A stretch of DNA of 64,000 nucleotides from positions 17,023-81,022 of the IMG/VR virus record IMGVR_UViG_3300028920_000061; one strand, 5' to 3'. Under the pieces are notes generated by a model. It saw only the letters and a list, made by a program, of their open reading frames with translations. It did no database searches and was not told the DNA's origin. This DNA is from a virus. Both the position numbers and the translations under genes were made by a program. This document shows, in pieces, positions 1 to 8,994 of the stretch; positions within the stretch are counted from its first letter, which is position 1, and each line of letters begins with the position of its first letter.

Positions 1-17
1 ATGGAAGCGACATTGTA

Positions 18-332
18 ATGGGGATGATATCCTGGGTTGAGTGGCATAAGATTTGTGATAACGTATCCCAATGGACGTATCGTGTAGAGTCTTTATCTGA
101 AAAAATCATTTGGAACGAATTCAAGGCAAGATGCCAACTTCCAAATAACGCTGAGTTTCCAACCGATATCAGTACTACATGGAATAGTAAGCGTCATAAG
201 ATACCAATCGTATCTAATTATCCTGAAGAATGGACATGGAGAGAACTTTCTCAGATTGATCGCCACTGGGCCAAGCAAGCCTACCATTTAGCCAAATCCT
301 ACGGCTACGAATATGATAATTATTTGTTGTAG
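18..332 (+). CDS. Hypothetical protein, probably 5'-truncated by the window edge
   Basis: The frame is open back to the window start and ends YGYEYDNYLL*, directly before a promoter-like motif. Confidence 0.55.
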   Translation: MGMISWVEWHKICDNVSQWTYRVESLSEKIIWNEFKARCQLPNNAEFPTDISTTWNSKRHKIPIVSNYPEEWTWRELSQIDRHWAKQAYHLAKSYGYEYDNYLL

Positions 333-333
333 T

Positions 334-360
334 GTTATTTCATTTTTGATTCTGTAATAA
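334..360 (+). promoter_or_regulatory. Phage promoter-like motif GTTA-N15-TGTAATAA
   Basis: The same motif with the same spacing recurs at 5788, 6684, 17094, 18349 and 18813, always upstream of a + strand unit. Confidence 0.6.
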
Positions 361-403
361 TAATAGTAGAGATGTTTATCCGCTATTTTTTTATGAAGGA
401 GAA

Positions 404-2215
404 ATGATGTATGGATTTGTAGAAACGGATATTGCCGATATTTTGTTGGATCGTAACCTCATAGAGCCGTATGAAGAGTTTGCTACGACAAGCGGTGAGA
501 GGGTAGCTATGCTTGAAAAGGAAGATTTTCTTCTTGTAAAACAAATTTTGGTTCGCATGTGTGGAGAAGAAAAAGTTCAATTACTCAGTAGCGATGTCGT
601 TGGAATGTATATACTTCTTTATCCATATTGGATGCATGAGAATTTGTTTGACGCACTCACACCTGGCCCAGTAAAAGAATCTCCATTATATCTTGAGATA
701 CGAACTGAACCATCAACTTCACGATTTAACTGGGATAGTTTCATAATCTCTTTTAAAGAACTTTTGGATATAATTTTAACTGAAAATGAAGAATGTGACG
801 ATATTGATGAGGAAGAATCGACAGAAGAGGATCCAACGGAAGAAGAACAGGCCGTTCCGCCGAATTTCAATCCAGGCTACAGTTTTGCCAAAGATTTTTT
901 TAAATGTTATGATTTAGGATTCAGGGAAATAGAAATTGATAATATGCAATTTCTTATCCATTGGAATAGTAATATTCTGAACAAAACAGTGACGGAAATT
1001 GCTACACGGCTCAAGAAAAATGTAATTGTGCTTTCAGGATCGTGGTCTTCCAGAACTCAAGGTATTGAAAGGCATAAGGACGCGCTTAATCATGTTCTTA
1101 TCATACATACCAATCCGGATCATTTAAAATTTCTCTACCCGCCAATGGAAATGGAACATACGCTATTTGGGTATGAGTTGAGAAAGCTCGCTCAGATTCA
1201 TGGCAACAGTAGTGATATAAATCATGATCCAAACAATCCTCATCCTATCAGTCCTGTTTATTCTGATTTCGATTATGTATATCGAGATTATAAAACGGGT
1301 ATTGTCTGGGCGTTACAGAAGAATATGCAAATATTTTTCATGTTTGATTTGCTTGATGTTTCTGAAGACCTTCGATATATTGTACTTGAAGAATTGATTG
1401 ATCGATTTAATGGTGCACTTTCGTATGAAGAAATGGTAAAAAGAGATATTGAACATTTCAATATGAAATCTCAGTATATCAAGGAAGAGTTTCTGAGTAT
1501 GGCCATTAAAAATTCTAATAGCCTTATAGAAGAATTAAAAAATCAATATCTTTACGCAAAAGAACAATATGCTGAAGCTCTTGACAAGGCTATGGAGTTT
1601 GGAAAAGTAGCCCAGCGTCTTGAAGAAAATCTTGTCAGCCTTGATGAAGACAAGATTAAAAATAAAGAAGCTGAACGTTGTGAAAAAATGTTTGATGACG
1701 TTCTTAACATACCTAAGGTTGCCGCGATCAAATTAAAAGGAAGTGCCGTTCATGTTTACACGAAAAATATATATGTGAAGCATGATAAAGAAGGCACTTG
1801 GCATGATGTTGGTACGTTCAATATCGAAATAGGAATGTATGGGAATACTTATAACCCATCTAAAACTGTCAAGATATTTAACACCAAACATCAAATGCAT
1901 GCATTTAATTCACAAATGCAAGCCCCTCATGTATTCGATGATGGCCATTTATGTCATGGTAATTTAACTGCTGGTATGATTGATGCCTACAAAAGACGAG
2001 ATTTATACCAAATGATTTTGATGATTATCATGTTCCTTGAAAGTGCGAATCTTGACGATGCCGCTGGAGCCTATTTACCACGATGGCCTGAGGTTTCTGA
2101 AGAAATTGCCACACAACCTGAATCAGATGATAATGAAACAACGGTTGTGTTCCAAGAACAGACAGAAGAAGAAAAAGAATTTGATGAAATACTTGATATA
2201 CCAATTCACATATAG
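404..2215 (+). CDS. Coiled-coil protein with C-terminal prokaryotic E2 (Ubl-conjugating)-like domain
   Basis: AAGGAG RBS; central coiled coil; C-terminal APHVFDDGHLCHGN resembles the PH-x(6-7)-C-x-G E2 active-site signature; same operon as JAB, E1 and Ubl. Confidence 0.65.
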   Translation: MMYGFVETDIADILLDRNLIEPYEEFATTSGERVAMLEKEDFLLVKQILVRMCGEEKVQLLSSDVVGMYILLYPYWMHENLFDALTPGPVKESPLYLEIRTEPSTSRFNWDSFIISFKELLDIILTENEECDDIDEEESTEEDPTEEEQAVPPNFNPGYSFAKDFFKCYDLGFREIEIDNMQFLIHWNSNILNKTVTEIATRLKKNVIVLSGSWSSRTQGIERHKDALNHVLIIHTNPDHLKFLYPPMEMEHTLFGYELRKLAQIHGNSSDINHDPNNPHPISPVYSDFDYVYRDYKTGIVWALQKNMQIFFMFDLLDVSEDLRYIVLEELIDRFNGALSYEEMVKRDIEHFNMKSQYIKEEFLSMAIKNSNSLIEELKNQYLYAKEQYAEALDKAMEFGKVAQRLEENLVSLDEDKIKNKEAERCEKMFDDVLNIPKVAAIKLKGSAVHVYTKNIYVKHDKEGTWHDVGTFNIEIGMYGNTYNPSKTVKIFNTKHQMHAFNSQMQAPHVFDDGHLCHGNLTAGMIDAYKRRDLYQMILMIIMFLESANLDDAAGAYLPRWPEVSEEIATQPESDDNETTVVFQEQTEEEKEFDEILDIPIHI

Positions 2216-2223
2216 GAGGTATC

Positions 2224-3348
2224 GTGCAAATACGATTTTCTCGTGGTACTGGTGTCACTATTGACACTGTTCCGACTCAACTTCTTACATGGGCACAGCG
2301 ATGGTGGGTTGCGGATGATGGCGATTTCTGTCTTCGGTCAGCAATGCCTACAGAGCCTATCAGTAAAACTTTGACAGAAAATGGGTTCAACAATTTCTAT
2401 TATGATGATATCACTAATGTGGTAGCCATCGGTCAAAACATCACTGAAGAACATGTCAATACAGCAAGAGCGGTTGCTGAGGGCGGTGAAGCCGCGCCGG
2501 CTACCCCAAGACCCGTCGCTGCTTTAGAAACTGATATGGGTGAAGTTGAGCCCCTCCAAAGAGAAGAGGAGCCAGTAGAAGGCGTTGATTACGAAATTGA
2601 ACCGGAAGAAGAAGATGACCCCGATGGTGAGGATGAAGACGATCTCGAACGTCCATTCACTCCACATCTTGATCCGGTTGTTGACATCAATAACGATGAA
2701 ATTCTCAAACGCCTTCCACCAATGCTTCGTATGGAAGAAGCAAGCGCAATCAAACTGTATTGTGACAAGCTTCGTGAATACGAACGTGTCTGGAGTCAGG
2801 CGATCACAATGAAGAGAATAATTAACGAGATGATGACCAAAATCGATGAAAACGTCCTTCTGAAAACGGTACGTGACGATATCTCGTATCTTCAGGAAAA
2901 ATGCGATGATGTTGAATCAGTACGGTTTGGAACCGGTGTCAGAGAGTATAATCTGGTTATCACAACCAAAGAAATCATTACAGACGACCAGGAAAAGTAC
3001 GGTCGGCGCAGGCTTGGTGCAATGAGGATCACAATTGATTTGAGATACCTGTATGCTCAAACACCTCCTGGATCGAACTATACCAAAGCGATTGAAATAC
3101 AAAATCTCGACCGGCACCCAAGATTTGGTGGTACTTATTGGGATTGTGGCCATGTGCATCATGAAGATGAAGGTTCTACAATGAGCGCCTGCTTCGGTGG
3201 ATATTACCAACACATATTCGAAGCGTTCGTATCACGGAACCTTCCGATGCTGTTCGATACAATCATACGTTTTATCAAGCGTCCATACGAAATGGATGAA
3301 TGGGGTTGTAAGGTACGCCTCTTTCCGGAGGTAACCAGTGAATCCTGA
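2224..3348 (+). CDS. Second coiled-coil/E2-like protein (paralog of 404..2215 C-terminal half)
   Basis: AGGAGG RBS and GTG start; acidic linker, helical segment, then GHVHHEDEGSTMSACFGG; C-terminal region parallels the upstream protein (D-x-WG/AG-x-x-x-x-x-F/WPEV). Confidence 0.6.
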   Translation: MQIRFSRGTGVTIDTVPTQLLTWAQRWWVADDGDFCLRSAMPTEPISKTLTENGFNNFYYDDITNVVAIGQNITEEHVNTARAVAEGGEAAPATPRPVAALETDMGEVEPLQREEEPVEGVDYEIEPEEEDDPDGEDEDDLERPFTPHLDPVVDINNDEILKRLPPMLRMEEASAIKLYCDKLREYERVWSQAITMKRIINEMMTKIDENVLLKTVRDDISYLQEKCDDVESVRFGTGVREYNLVITTKEIITDDQEKYGRRRLGAMRITIDLRYLYAQTPPGSNYTKAIEIQNLDRHPRFGGTYWDCGHVHHEDEGSTMSACFGGYYQHIFEAFVSRNLPMLFDTIIRFIKRPYEMDEWGCKVRLFPEVTSES

Positions 3349-4315
3349 TTCAAGAAAATGCTCATGGTCGTTTCTTTCCGAAAGGACGGAAACGGCCCCT
3401 AATATTCAATTTACACCAAAGGCCTTGAAATGGATCAAGGCGATGGTTGAAGAACATAGTGAAGAAGTTGGCTTTCTTGGTATTGTTAGAGAGGTTGATT
3501 CTTCATATGTCATTGATGAAATATTCTATCCGAAACATTGCCTTGCTACTTCATCAACATGTGAAATAGCGCCCGAAGGTGAAGTAGAATTGGCGCAATA
3601 TCTGATTGATAATAACAGGGTAGAAGATGTTGCTCGAGTCAGATTTTGGGGTCATTCTCATCATACGATGGGAACAACGCCGTCTGGCCAGGATGACGAT
3701 CAGGCATTACAAAAAATGAATAATAACGGTGCGTATTTCGTTCGCGCCATATGCAACAAAAAAGGCGAAATGTCAGTTTCATTCTTTGATCATGAACGAC
3801 AACTCAAATTTGAGAATGTCAAATGGTCGATATGTGAAAACTACGACGAAATTCTCGCCAATGTTATTTGCGCCACAAATATGGAATCAAATAGTAAGGG
3901 GAAAGTTCAAGCCATACGTGCTGCTATCTCTGCACAAATTGATTACAAAGATGACGAATACAAAAAGATTACCGAAAAAGTGAAAGAGCTCAAAAAGAAA
4001 AATCTCCCGGCATCCGAAACAAGGGGGTTGGCTCGGCAACCATACCAGAGAGGGGTTATACATAGCCCCGGACATTATCCAAACGACATCCTTCCCGGGT
4101 TCCAGCAAGATATGTTCGATGATGATTGGCCCCCGTATGGTCCTGAATTCTATCGGAACAACGCTGGGCAGATGCCTTATCAACGCCGGCAAAGTAATTT
4201 TCCAAAAGTGAATGGTGCAAGAAAAAACAAAAGAAAAAAAAATCGAAACGGGGCTCTTTTGTCCGATAAGGAAATAGATTCGGTTGTTTCAGAGGCATGG
4301 GAGGGTGGATTATGA
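3338..4315 (+). CDS. JAB/MPN+ (JAMM) metallopeptidase
   Basis: EVGFLG...WGHSHHTMGTTPSGQD matches E-xn-HxH-x7-S-x2-D. Confidence 0.9.
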   Translation: MNPDSRKCSWSFLSERTETAPNIQFTPKALKWIKAMVEEHSEEVGFLGIVREVDSSYVIDEIFYPKHCLATSSTCEIAPEGEVELAQYLIDNNRVEDVARVRFWGHSHHTMGTTPSGQDDDQALQKMNNNGAYFVRAICNKKGEMSVSFFDHERQLKFENVKWSICENYDEILANVICATNMESNSKGKVQAIRAAISAQIDYKDDEYKKITEKVKELKKKNLPASETRGLARQPYQRGVIHSPGHYPNDILPGFQQDMFDDDWPPYGPEFYRNNAGQMPYQRRQSNFPKVNGARKNKRKKNRNGALLSDKEIDSVVSEAWEGGL

Positions 4316-5070
4316 TCGACTATCTCAGGCAGCTTGATCTGCTAGACCCGAAACAGATCGGCAATCGTTCTGTCAGCCTGATTGGGGCAGGAGCTACGGG
4401 TTCGCACATTGCATGGTATCTCGCTCAGCTCGGGTGGGGTGCTTCAAATCAAGGTCAAGGCATTCTCAAGGTATTTGATGACGACACAATTGAAGGTCAC
4501 AATCTGGCTAACCAGATATACTGGCCGGAGCATGTCGGCAAGCTGAAAGTCGAAGCTCTCAAAGATATGATAATCAAGAAGTTTGGGTTTGAAATAGAAA
4601 CCCATCCTGAAAAGGTTACTGACCAGAGAAACGACGTTGCAGCAAAATATGTATTTCTTCTTACGGACACCATGAGCAGCCGTGAAGAAATATTTGAGAA
4701 ATGTCTTCATTTCCAATTCGCAACAGACTTGGTGATTGAAACCCGGATGGGTTTGCGAGACGGTCGGGTCTACGCATTCAATCCGAACGATCCTAACCAT
4801 ATTGAGGAATGGAAAAAAACGCTCTATAAGGATGAGGAGGCGTCTGCGTCACTCTGTGGTGCAAGCGCATCCATTATATCCACTGTAACTTTCCTGTCAT
4901 CGCTTGCGGTCTGCCGGCTTGTGCAGCATTTCAATTGCAACTATGGGAGCGACACTCTCCGTGAGGAGGGTAAACCAATGAGGATGTGGAACGAAGTCCA
5001 CTTCTCCCTGTACCCCGAAGCAATGATGTTGCGCCAATTCGGTGAGGCTAAAGAGCCAATAATTTTCTGA
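4312..5070 (+). CDS. ThiF/MoeB/E1-family Ubl-activating enzyme
   Basis: YLRQLD, GAGATGS nucleotide-binding loop, DDDTIEGHNLANQ, GKLKVEAL, TDTMSSR, and SLCG candidate catalytic Cys. ATG at 4312 overlaps the JAB stop (ATGA). Confidence 0.93.
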   Translation: MIDYLRQLDLLDPKQIGNRSVSLIGAGATGSHIAWYLAQLGWGASNQGQGILKVFDDDTIEGHNLANQIYWPEHVGKLKVEALKDMIIKKFGFEIETHPEKVTDQRNDVAAKYVFLLTDTMSSREEIFEKCLHFQFATDLVIETRMGLRDGRVYAFNPNDPNHIEEWKKTLYKDEEASASLCGASASIISTVTFLSSLAVCRLVQHFNCNYGSDTLREEGKPMRMWNEVHFSLYPEAMMLRQFGEAKEPIIF

Positions 5071-5086
5071 CGGAAGGTTTTATCAG

Positions 5087-5554
5087 ATGGTTATCGTTCA
5101 GCTCGTTAAGGTCGGATCTGAGGTCCGTTCTTTCGACATTTCAGACAATCCCACTCTCGGCAACCTGCTTCGCATAGCTGATGAGTCTTTCACTCCCAAT
5201 ACCATTACTATCAATGCCCAGAACGTTGTCAGTGAAAACACCACCCTCCGTGATGGAGACCGTGTTTTTATTGGTAACAAGGTCAAGGGAAATACTCCCT
5301 ATATTGTTGAGTTTATCCGACTCGGGCAGGCTGAGGTCGTTCGCATATCCACTGAGGGTAGTGCAACCATTGGTGACTGCATCAATATGATGAGTGACAC
5401 CAATCGGAACTATTTTATTGGTGGTGATGGAAACGATGTTTTTCAATACCAAATAAGCGGCGTTACCAAACAGTCCAGTGATATTGTTCCTTTGCCATCC
5501 CAGGAGGGCGGAACAGTTCGTGTTATCTGCGCGACGAAGGTAAAAGGCAATTAA
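5087..5554 (+). CDS. Tandem di-ubiquitin-like (two beta-grasp domains) protein
   Basis: Two ~70-85 aa units, each ending KVKGN (LRDGDRVFIGNKVKGN; TVRVICATKVKGN*); follows E1 and JAB. Confidence 0.85.
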   Translation: MVIVQLVKVGSEVRSFDISDNPTLGNLLRIADESFTPNTITINAQNVVSENTTLRDGDRVFIGNKVKGNTPYIVEFIRLGQAEVVRISTEGSATIGDCINMMSDTNRNYFIGGDGNDVFQYQISGVTKQSSDIVPLPSQEGGTVRVICATKVKGN

Positions 5555-5577
5555 GTCGCCACTTTAATAAGCAGATT

Positions 5578-5605
5578 AACCGGCGATGAGAAATCATCGC
5601 CGGTT
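5578..5605 (+). terminator. Perfect 12-bp hairpin (GAAA loop) closing the Ubl operon
   Basis: AACCGGCGATGA-GAAA-TCATCGCCGGTT; the U-tract is weak. Confidence 0.6.
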
Positions 5606-5749
5606 CTATACTGCAGAAAGGAGTAGGCATGTTTCTAACTTTAACCCATCCTCGGAGGTATTGTGTTTCATCGAATTTTCCAAAGCGCAAAAGGGGAAAA
5701 CAACAACCCTACTAGATTGGTGAAACTTGCTACAATTATAAAATCATTT

Positions 5750-5783
5750 GTGGGCCGCGGCCCCGCAAGGGGTCGCCCATTTT
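5750..5783 (+). terminator. Intrinsic terminator
   Basis: GC-rich hairpin with GCAA loop followed by TTTT. Confidence 0.6.
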
Positions 5784-5785
5784 AG

Positions 5786-5814
5786 CCGTTAGTTAAATAA
5801 AAAATATGGTATAA
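5786..5814 (+). promoter_or_regulatory. Promoter motif CCGTTAG-N14-TGGTATAA
   Basis: Identical boxes and spacing at 18347 and 18811. Confidence 0.7.
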
Positions 5815-5846
5815 TAATAATAGAAAACTTTAACAAAGGAGAAGTT

Positions 5847-6668
5847 ATGAAACGCCTTTTTATTATTCTTATGCTTGCTGCTACTGCATTTTCTTATGAT
5901 TCAACATGGGCTCATGCCAAATTTGAATTATCCGCCGCAGTACCAGAATGGTTTTTTCGTCAACATGATACGCTGGTAACATGGAATTACCCTGTTCATG
6001 AGTTTGATTCAGTATGGTACGTCAAAAAACATGTTAACAGCATATCATCATGTTTTGTATCAGATACTTATACACAAATTACCATTAATATTTGTGATAG
6101 TATGGAATTTTCTCAGCGACTTTTTGATGAATCAATTAGTTATGATGAAGATGATTACGGTTTTCATTACAGATCAATGGTCAAGTTATACTTTTTAAGA
6201 ACCGATTTTCAAATGGATAAAGTTTGGTATTGGTTCAGAACAGTTCGTAAACCTCTCGAAAGTTCTCGAACAGATACTATCCCATGGTATAATTATGGAT
6301 GGAGTTGGGACAATAATATCTATGTTCAAGGATTGCGAATTGTTAATAACGACGACGATACGTTGTTATATAGAGTTCCAATAGGATGTAGAATTTGTGA
6401 CCACCTTCTTGTCAAAGGCTTTGTAATGAATATTGATAGCGTTGGCGATCTCGTTTTTGTATATAATCGGTATAATGATTTTCAAAAATTTGACGGCTGG
6501 GAAAATCGTCTTACCATTTTACCAAAAAGGGAAGATATAGTTTCCACCAGCATGCCACAGACGCTTGCACCGTATCGTTTTCAAAATATTTTTCATGAAT
6601 TTGACGCTTTAGGTAGATTAGTTAGAGAAAAGCGTCAATGGCAAATCGTTTTTAAAAAGGCGCATTGA
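5847..6668 (+). CDS. Secreted hypothetical protein (moron-like)
   Basis: Signal peptide MKRLFIILMLAATAFS; C-terminal FDALGRLV...basic tail; has its own promoter and terminator. Confidence 0.75.
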   Translation: MKRLFIILMLAATAFSYDSTWAHAKFELSAAVPEWFFRQHDTLVTWNYPVHEFDSVWYVKKHVNSISSCFVSDTYTQITINICDSMEFSQRLFDESISYDEDDYGFHYRSMVKLYFLRTDFQMDKVWYWFRTVRKPLESSRTDTIPWYNYGWSWDNNIYVQGLRIVNNDDDTLLYRVPIGCRICDHLLVKGFVMNIDSVGDLVFVYNRYNDFQKFDGWENRLTILPKREDIVSTSMPQTLAPYRFQNIFHEFDALGRLVREKRQWQIVFKKAH

Positions 6669-6732
6669 TATGCGCCTTTTTTAGTTATTTGTCAATAGAT
6701 TGTGGTATAGAAATTATGAAAGGAGATTAGCT

Positions 6733-7008
6733 ATGCCAACAGCGTATATTATTTGTGATAACGATTCGGCACTTCATGTTGTTATGGGTAATGACAAGGA
6801 TAAGGCCGCCGACGATCATTATGCTGAACAAGTCAAGAAGAAAATAGCTGACCACGAACGGGAGCAATGCAAGAAGCATTATGGCAATAGTGGTTGGGAA
6901 GAGGTATTCAAACGACATTTTTTTCATATTAACAGGGTTACTGCAGAGGAAGCGCCTAATGAACAAGACTCTCATCATCAACATAAGCATGAGAATACGA
7001 TTGGATGA
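6733..7008 (+). CDS. Hypothetical protein
   Basis: AAGGAG RBS before ATG 6733; preceded by a GTTA-N15-TGGTATAG motif. Confidence 0.65.
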   Translation: MPTAYIICDNDSALHVVMGNDKDKAADDHYAEQVKKKIADHEREQCKKHYGNSGWEEVFKRHFFHINRVTAEEAPNEQDSHHQHKHENTIG

Positions 7009-7123
7009 AGATGTGCAAATCCATGAAGTACTCCAAAACGCCGCCATCAGCTTTCAAGATACTACTGGGAAAGCAGATATCGACGAAGCACATATTTTAG
7101 ATTATTCAGAAGTAGAACACTAG
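6959..7123 (+). CDS. Small hypothetical protein
   Basis: GAGG RBS, ATG 6959, 54 aa. Confidence 0.5.
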   Translation: MNKTLIINISMRIRLDEDVQIHEVLQNAAISFQDTTGKADIDEAHILDYSEVEH

Positions 7124-7139
7124 AGTGTATTCAAACTAT

Positions 7140-7543
7140 GGGCCCGCACTTGGGTTTCGATGTGGGTACTGAATCATATGTAGCATGCCGAGGACGACGG
7201 TTGGCCTCGTTAATCATCCGTCAAAACAACAACTGCCAAAAACGACGGTTGTGCAATGGGCGCTGAGTTCGCAATCCAGTTCGCTGAGATTTGCAACCTG
7301 GCGACCGCACCAGCGCTGGTCTAAAGACCGGCAAACATCACTGATTGACGCCGATATGGCAGTGGTGTAAAACATCGGCTGGACGGAGAGAGGGTCGAAC
7401 TCTCTGTTGAGATAAGACTAGAGTTCCAGTATAGCTGCCGTGTTCAGTAGACGGAACTGACAATAGAAATGGACCGGATAAGCATGTAGAAGCGTGTGTG
7501 GATGTATTTACAGACATCGGTTCGATTCCGATCGGGTCCACCA
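7140..7543 (+). ncRNA. ssrA: tmRNA (transfer-messenger RNA)
   Basis: Acceptor stem GGGCCCG/CGGGTCC with G3:U wobble, A discriminator and CCA; GGTTTCGA near the 5' end; T-arm ATCGG-TTCGATT-CCGAT; GCATG...GAGG/CCTC PK1 region; resume context AACT-GCC; tag ORF 7235-7324. Confidence 0.95.
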
Positions 7544-7547
7544 ACTC

Positions 7548-7576
7548 AAAGGCTGTCTTCGGACAGCCTTTTTTTT
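7548..7576 (+). terminator. Intrinsic terminator of tmRNA
   Basis: AAAGGCTGTC-TTCG-GACAGCCTTT plus T-run. Confidence 0.9.
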
Positions 7577-7588
7577 GAAAGGAGTATT

Positions 7589-8008
7589 ATGCCACCATGC
7601 TCAACATGTAACGGCGCATGCTGTTACCTATTTATGTTACGATGGTCGAAAAGGGATCTTCTGTTAAGACTGTCCGGAAAAGGTATGTTTCGAAATCTTA
7701 AAGTTTCAACTTTTGAAATAATCAAACAGCTAACCTTTCTTCGCGATGCAACCAGTCAATTTGAAAAGAATCGGGATCCATCGGTAAGATTTTTCACCTG
7801 TCTCGCCTTCTCTAATAACAGATGTTCTATTTATAAATACAGAATGGCCTTTTGTGAACCATACGATTGCAAAGGAACCAAACAAATAGCTCATACTATG
7901 TCACTTGATGGAAAACCGCCGCTCCCAATAATGAATCAGGAGGTGGATATTGACAGACAAACAGATTATAGCCTGCAAGTTGCCCGGCGACCTGTTCTCA
8001 TCTCCTGA
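7589..8008 (+). CDS. YkgJ-like Cys-cluster (Zn/Fe-chelating) protein
   Basis: CSTCNGACC ... CLAFSNNRCSIYKYRMAFCEPYDC pattern; AAGGAG RBS before ATG 7589. Confidence 0.75.
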   Translation: MPPCSTCNGACCYLFMLRWSKRDLLLRLSGKGMFRNLKVSTFEIIKQLTFLRDATSQFEKNRDPSVRFFTCLAFSNNRCSIYKYRMAFCEPYDCKGTKQIAHTMSLDGKPPLPIMNQEVDIDRQTDYSLQVARRPVLIS

Positions 8009-8954
8009 AAACATGGAGAAGGAATTCACCGAGCTTGCCCAGCGTTGGCATCCGGACAAGATGGGCGGCAACAGCATTGTTATGGCTCATGTGAATTCTC
8101 TTCATGCGCAGGGGAGGGAGATGGTTGCATCCGGCAATTGGAAATCATCCAATAAACGATTTTTCACCCTCTCTAATGGCAGAACTGTTCGTATAAGCTT
8201 TCTGTCTGAAAATGATTTTGAACTCGGCAAATGGTACCTCTGCGAATCGGTTTGTGTCTATGCTTTCAATACTGGCTCTGCAATAAATTTCAAACTTCCG
8301 AAATTCAGATTTCGCAATACCAGTATGACAGATGAATTTACCGCATATTTGCCAAGAATTATCGACCAGTATGAAGTAAACAACGGGAAAAAGCTCATTG
8401 TCATTAATCGTGAGAAAGACCTTGTTCTTCTACGCGATTTGTTGGCATGGTTTGGAAATGCAGTACCGCCAAAGCATGTAGCGTGGATTCTCAGCTCCCT
8501 TTACAACCTTTGTGCTTTCTTCAAATATAATGGAATTGTTCACCATTCCATTAATCTGAATACATATTTTATTTCCCCAGCAAAACATAAAGGGGTCTTG
8601 CTTGGCGGGTGGTGGTATCACAAAGGGTTCGACCGTCGAATGAAAGTAGTACCAAAATCAACATACGACGTGATGACTCTAGACACGAAAAAGTCCAAAA
8701 AAGCCACGCCCATTACCGATCTCGAATGTGTAAAACTTATAGGTCGTCAGCTTCTTGGAAGTGCCAGTGGGAGCACGCTATATTCCAATCCTGATATACC
8801 GAAGCCAATGATACAATTCCTGAGAACCATCTCGTCTGAGAATGCCTACAAGGAATATGAGGCCTGGACGAATGTTCTACAAGAAAGTTTCGGCCCAAAA
8901 AAATTCATTGAGATGGATTGCAACGCGGACGAAATTTACAAGAAGCCATCCTAA
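7950..8954 (+). CDS. J-domain (HPD) fused to degenerate kinase-like domain
   Basis: LAQRWHPDK J-motif; C-terminal HVAWILSSL...GIVHHSIN...LLGGWWY, a kinase-fold pattern seen next to vWA and PurA-like genes. Confidence 0.75.
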   Translation: MTDKQIIACKLPGDLFSSPENMEKEFTELAQRWHPDKMGGNSIVMAHVNSLHAQGREMVASGNWKSSNKRFFTLSNGRTVRISFLSENDFELGKWYLCESVCVYAFNTGSAINFKLPKFRFRNTSMTDEFTAYLPRIIDQYEVNNGKKLIVINREKDLVLLRDLLAWFGNAVPPKHVAWILSSLYNLCAFFKYNGIVHHSINLNTYFISPAKHKGVLLGGWWYHKGFDRRMKVVPKSTYDVMTLDTKKSKKATPITDLECVKLIGRQLLGSASGSTLYSNPDIPKPMIQFLRTISSENAYKEYEAWTNVLQESFGPKKFIEMDCNADEIYKKPS

Positions 8955-8994
8955 CAGGTGGATAATCAATAACTTATAACAAAAGGAGTGTTTC

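Noticed and set aside
4312-5554. ThiF/ThiS or MoeB/MoaD cofactor biosynthesis
   Set aside because: No pathway genes nearby; the Ubl is tandem and lacks GG; E2-like and JAB genes are co-operonic.
7185-7544. ORFs 7185..7370 (+), 7338..7544 (-) and the N-terminal extension of 7496..8008
   Set aside because: They overlap the tmRNA and its terminator.
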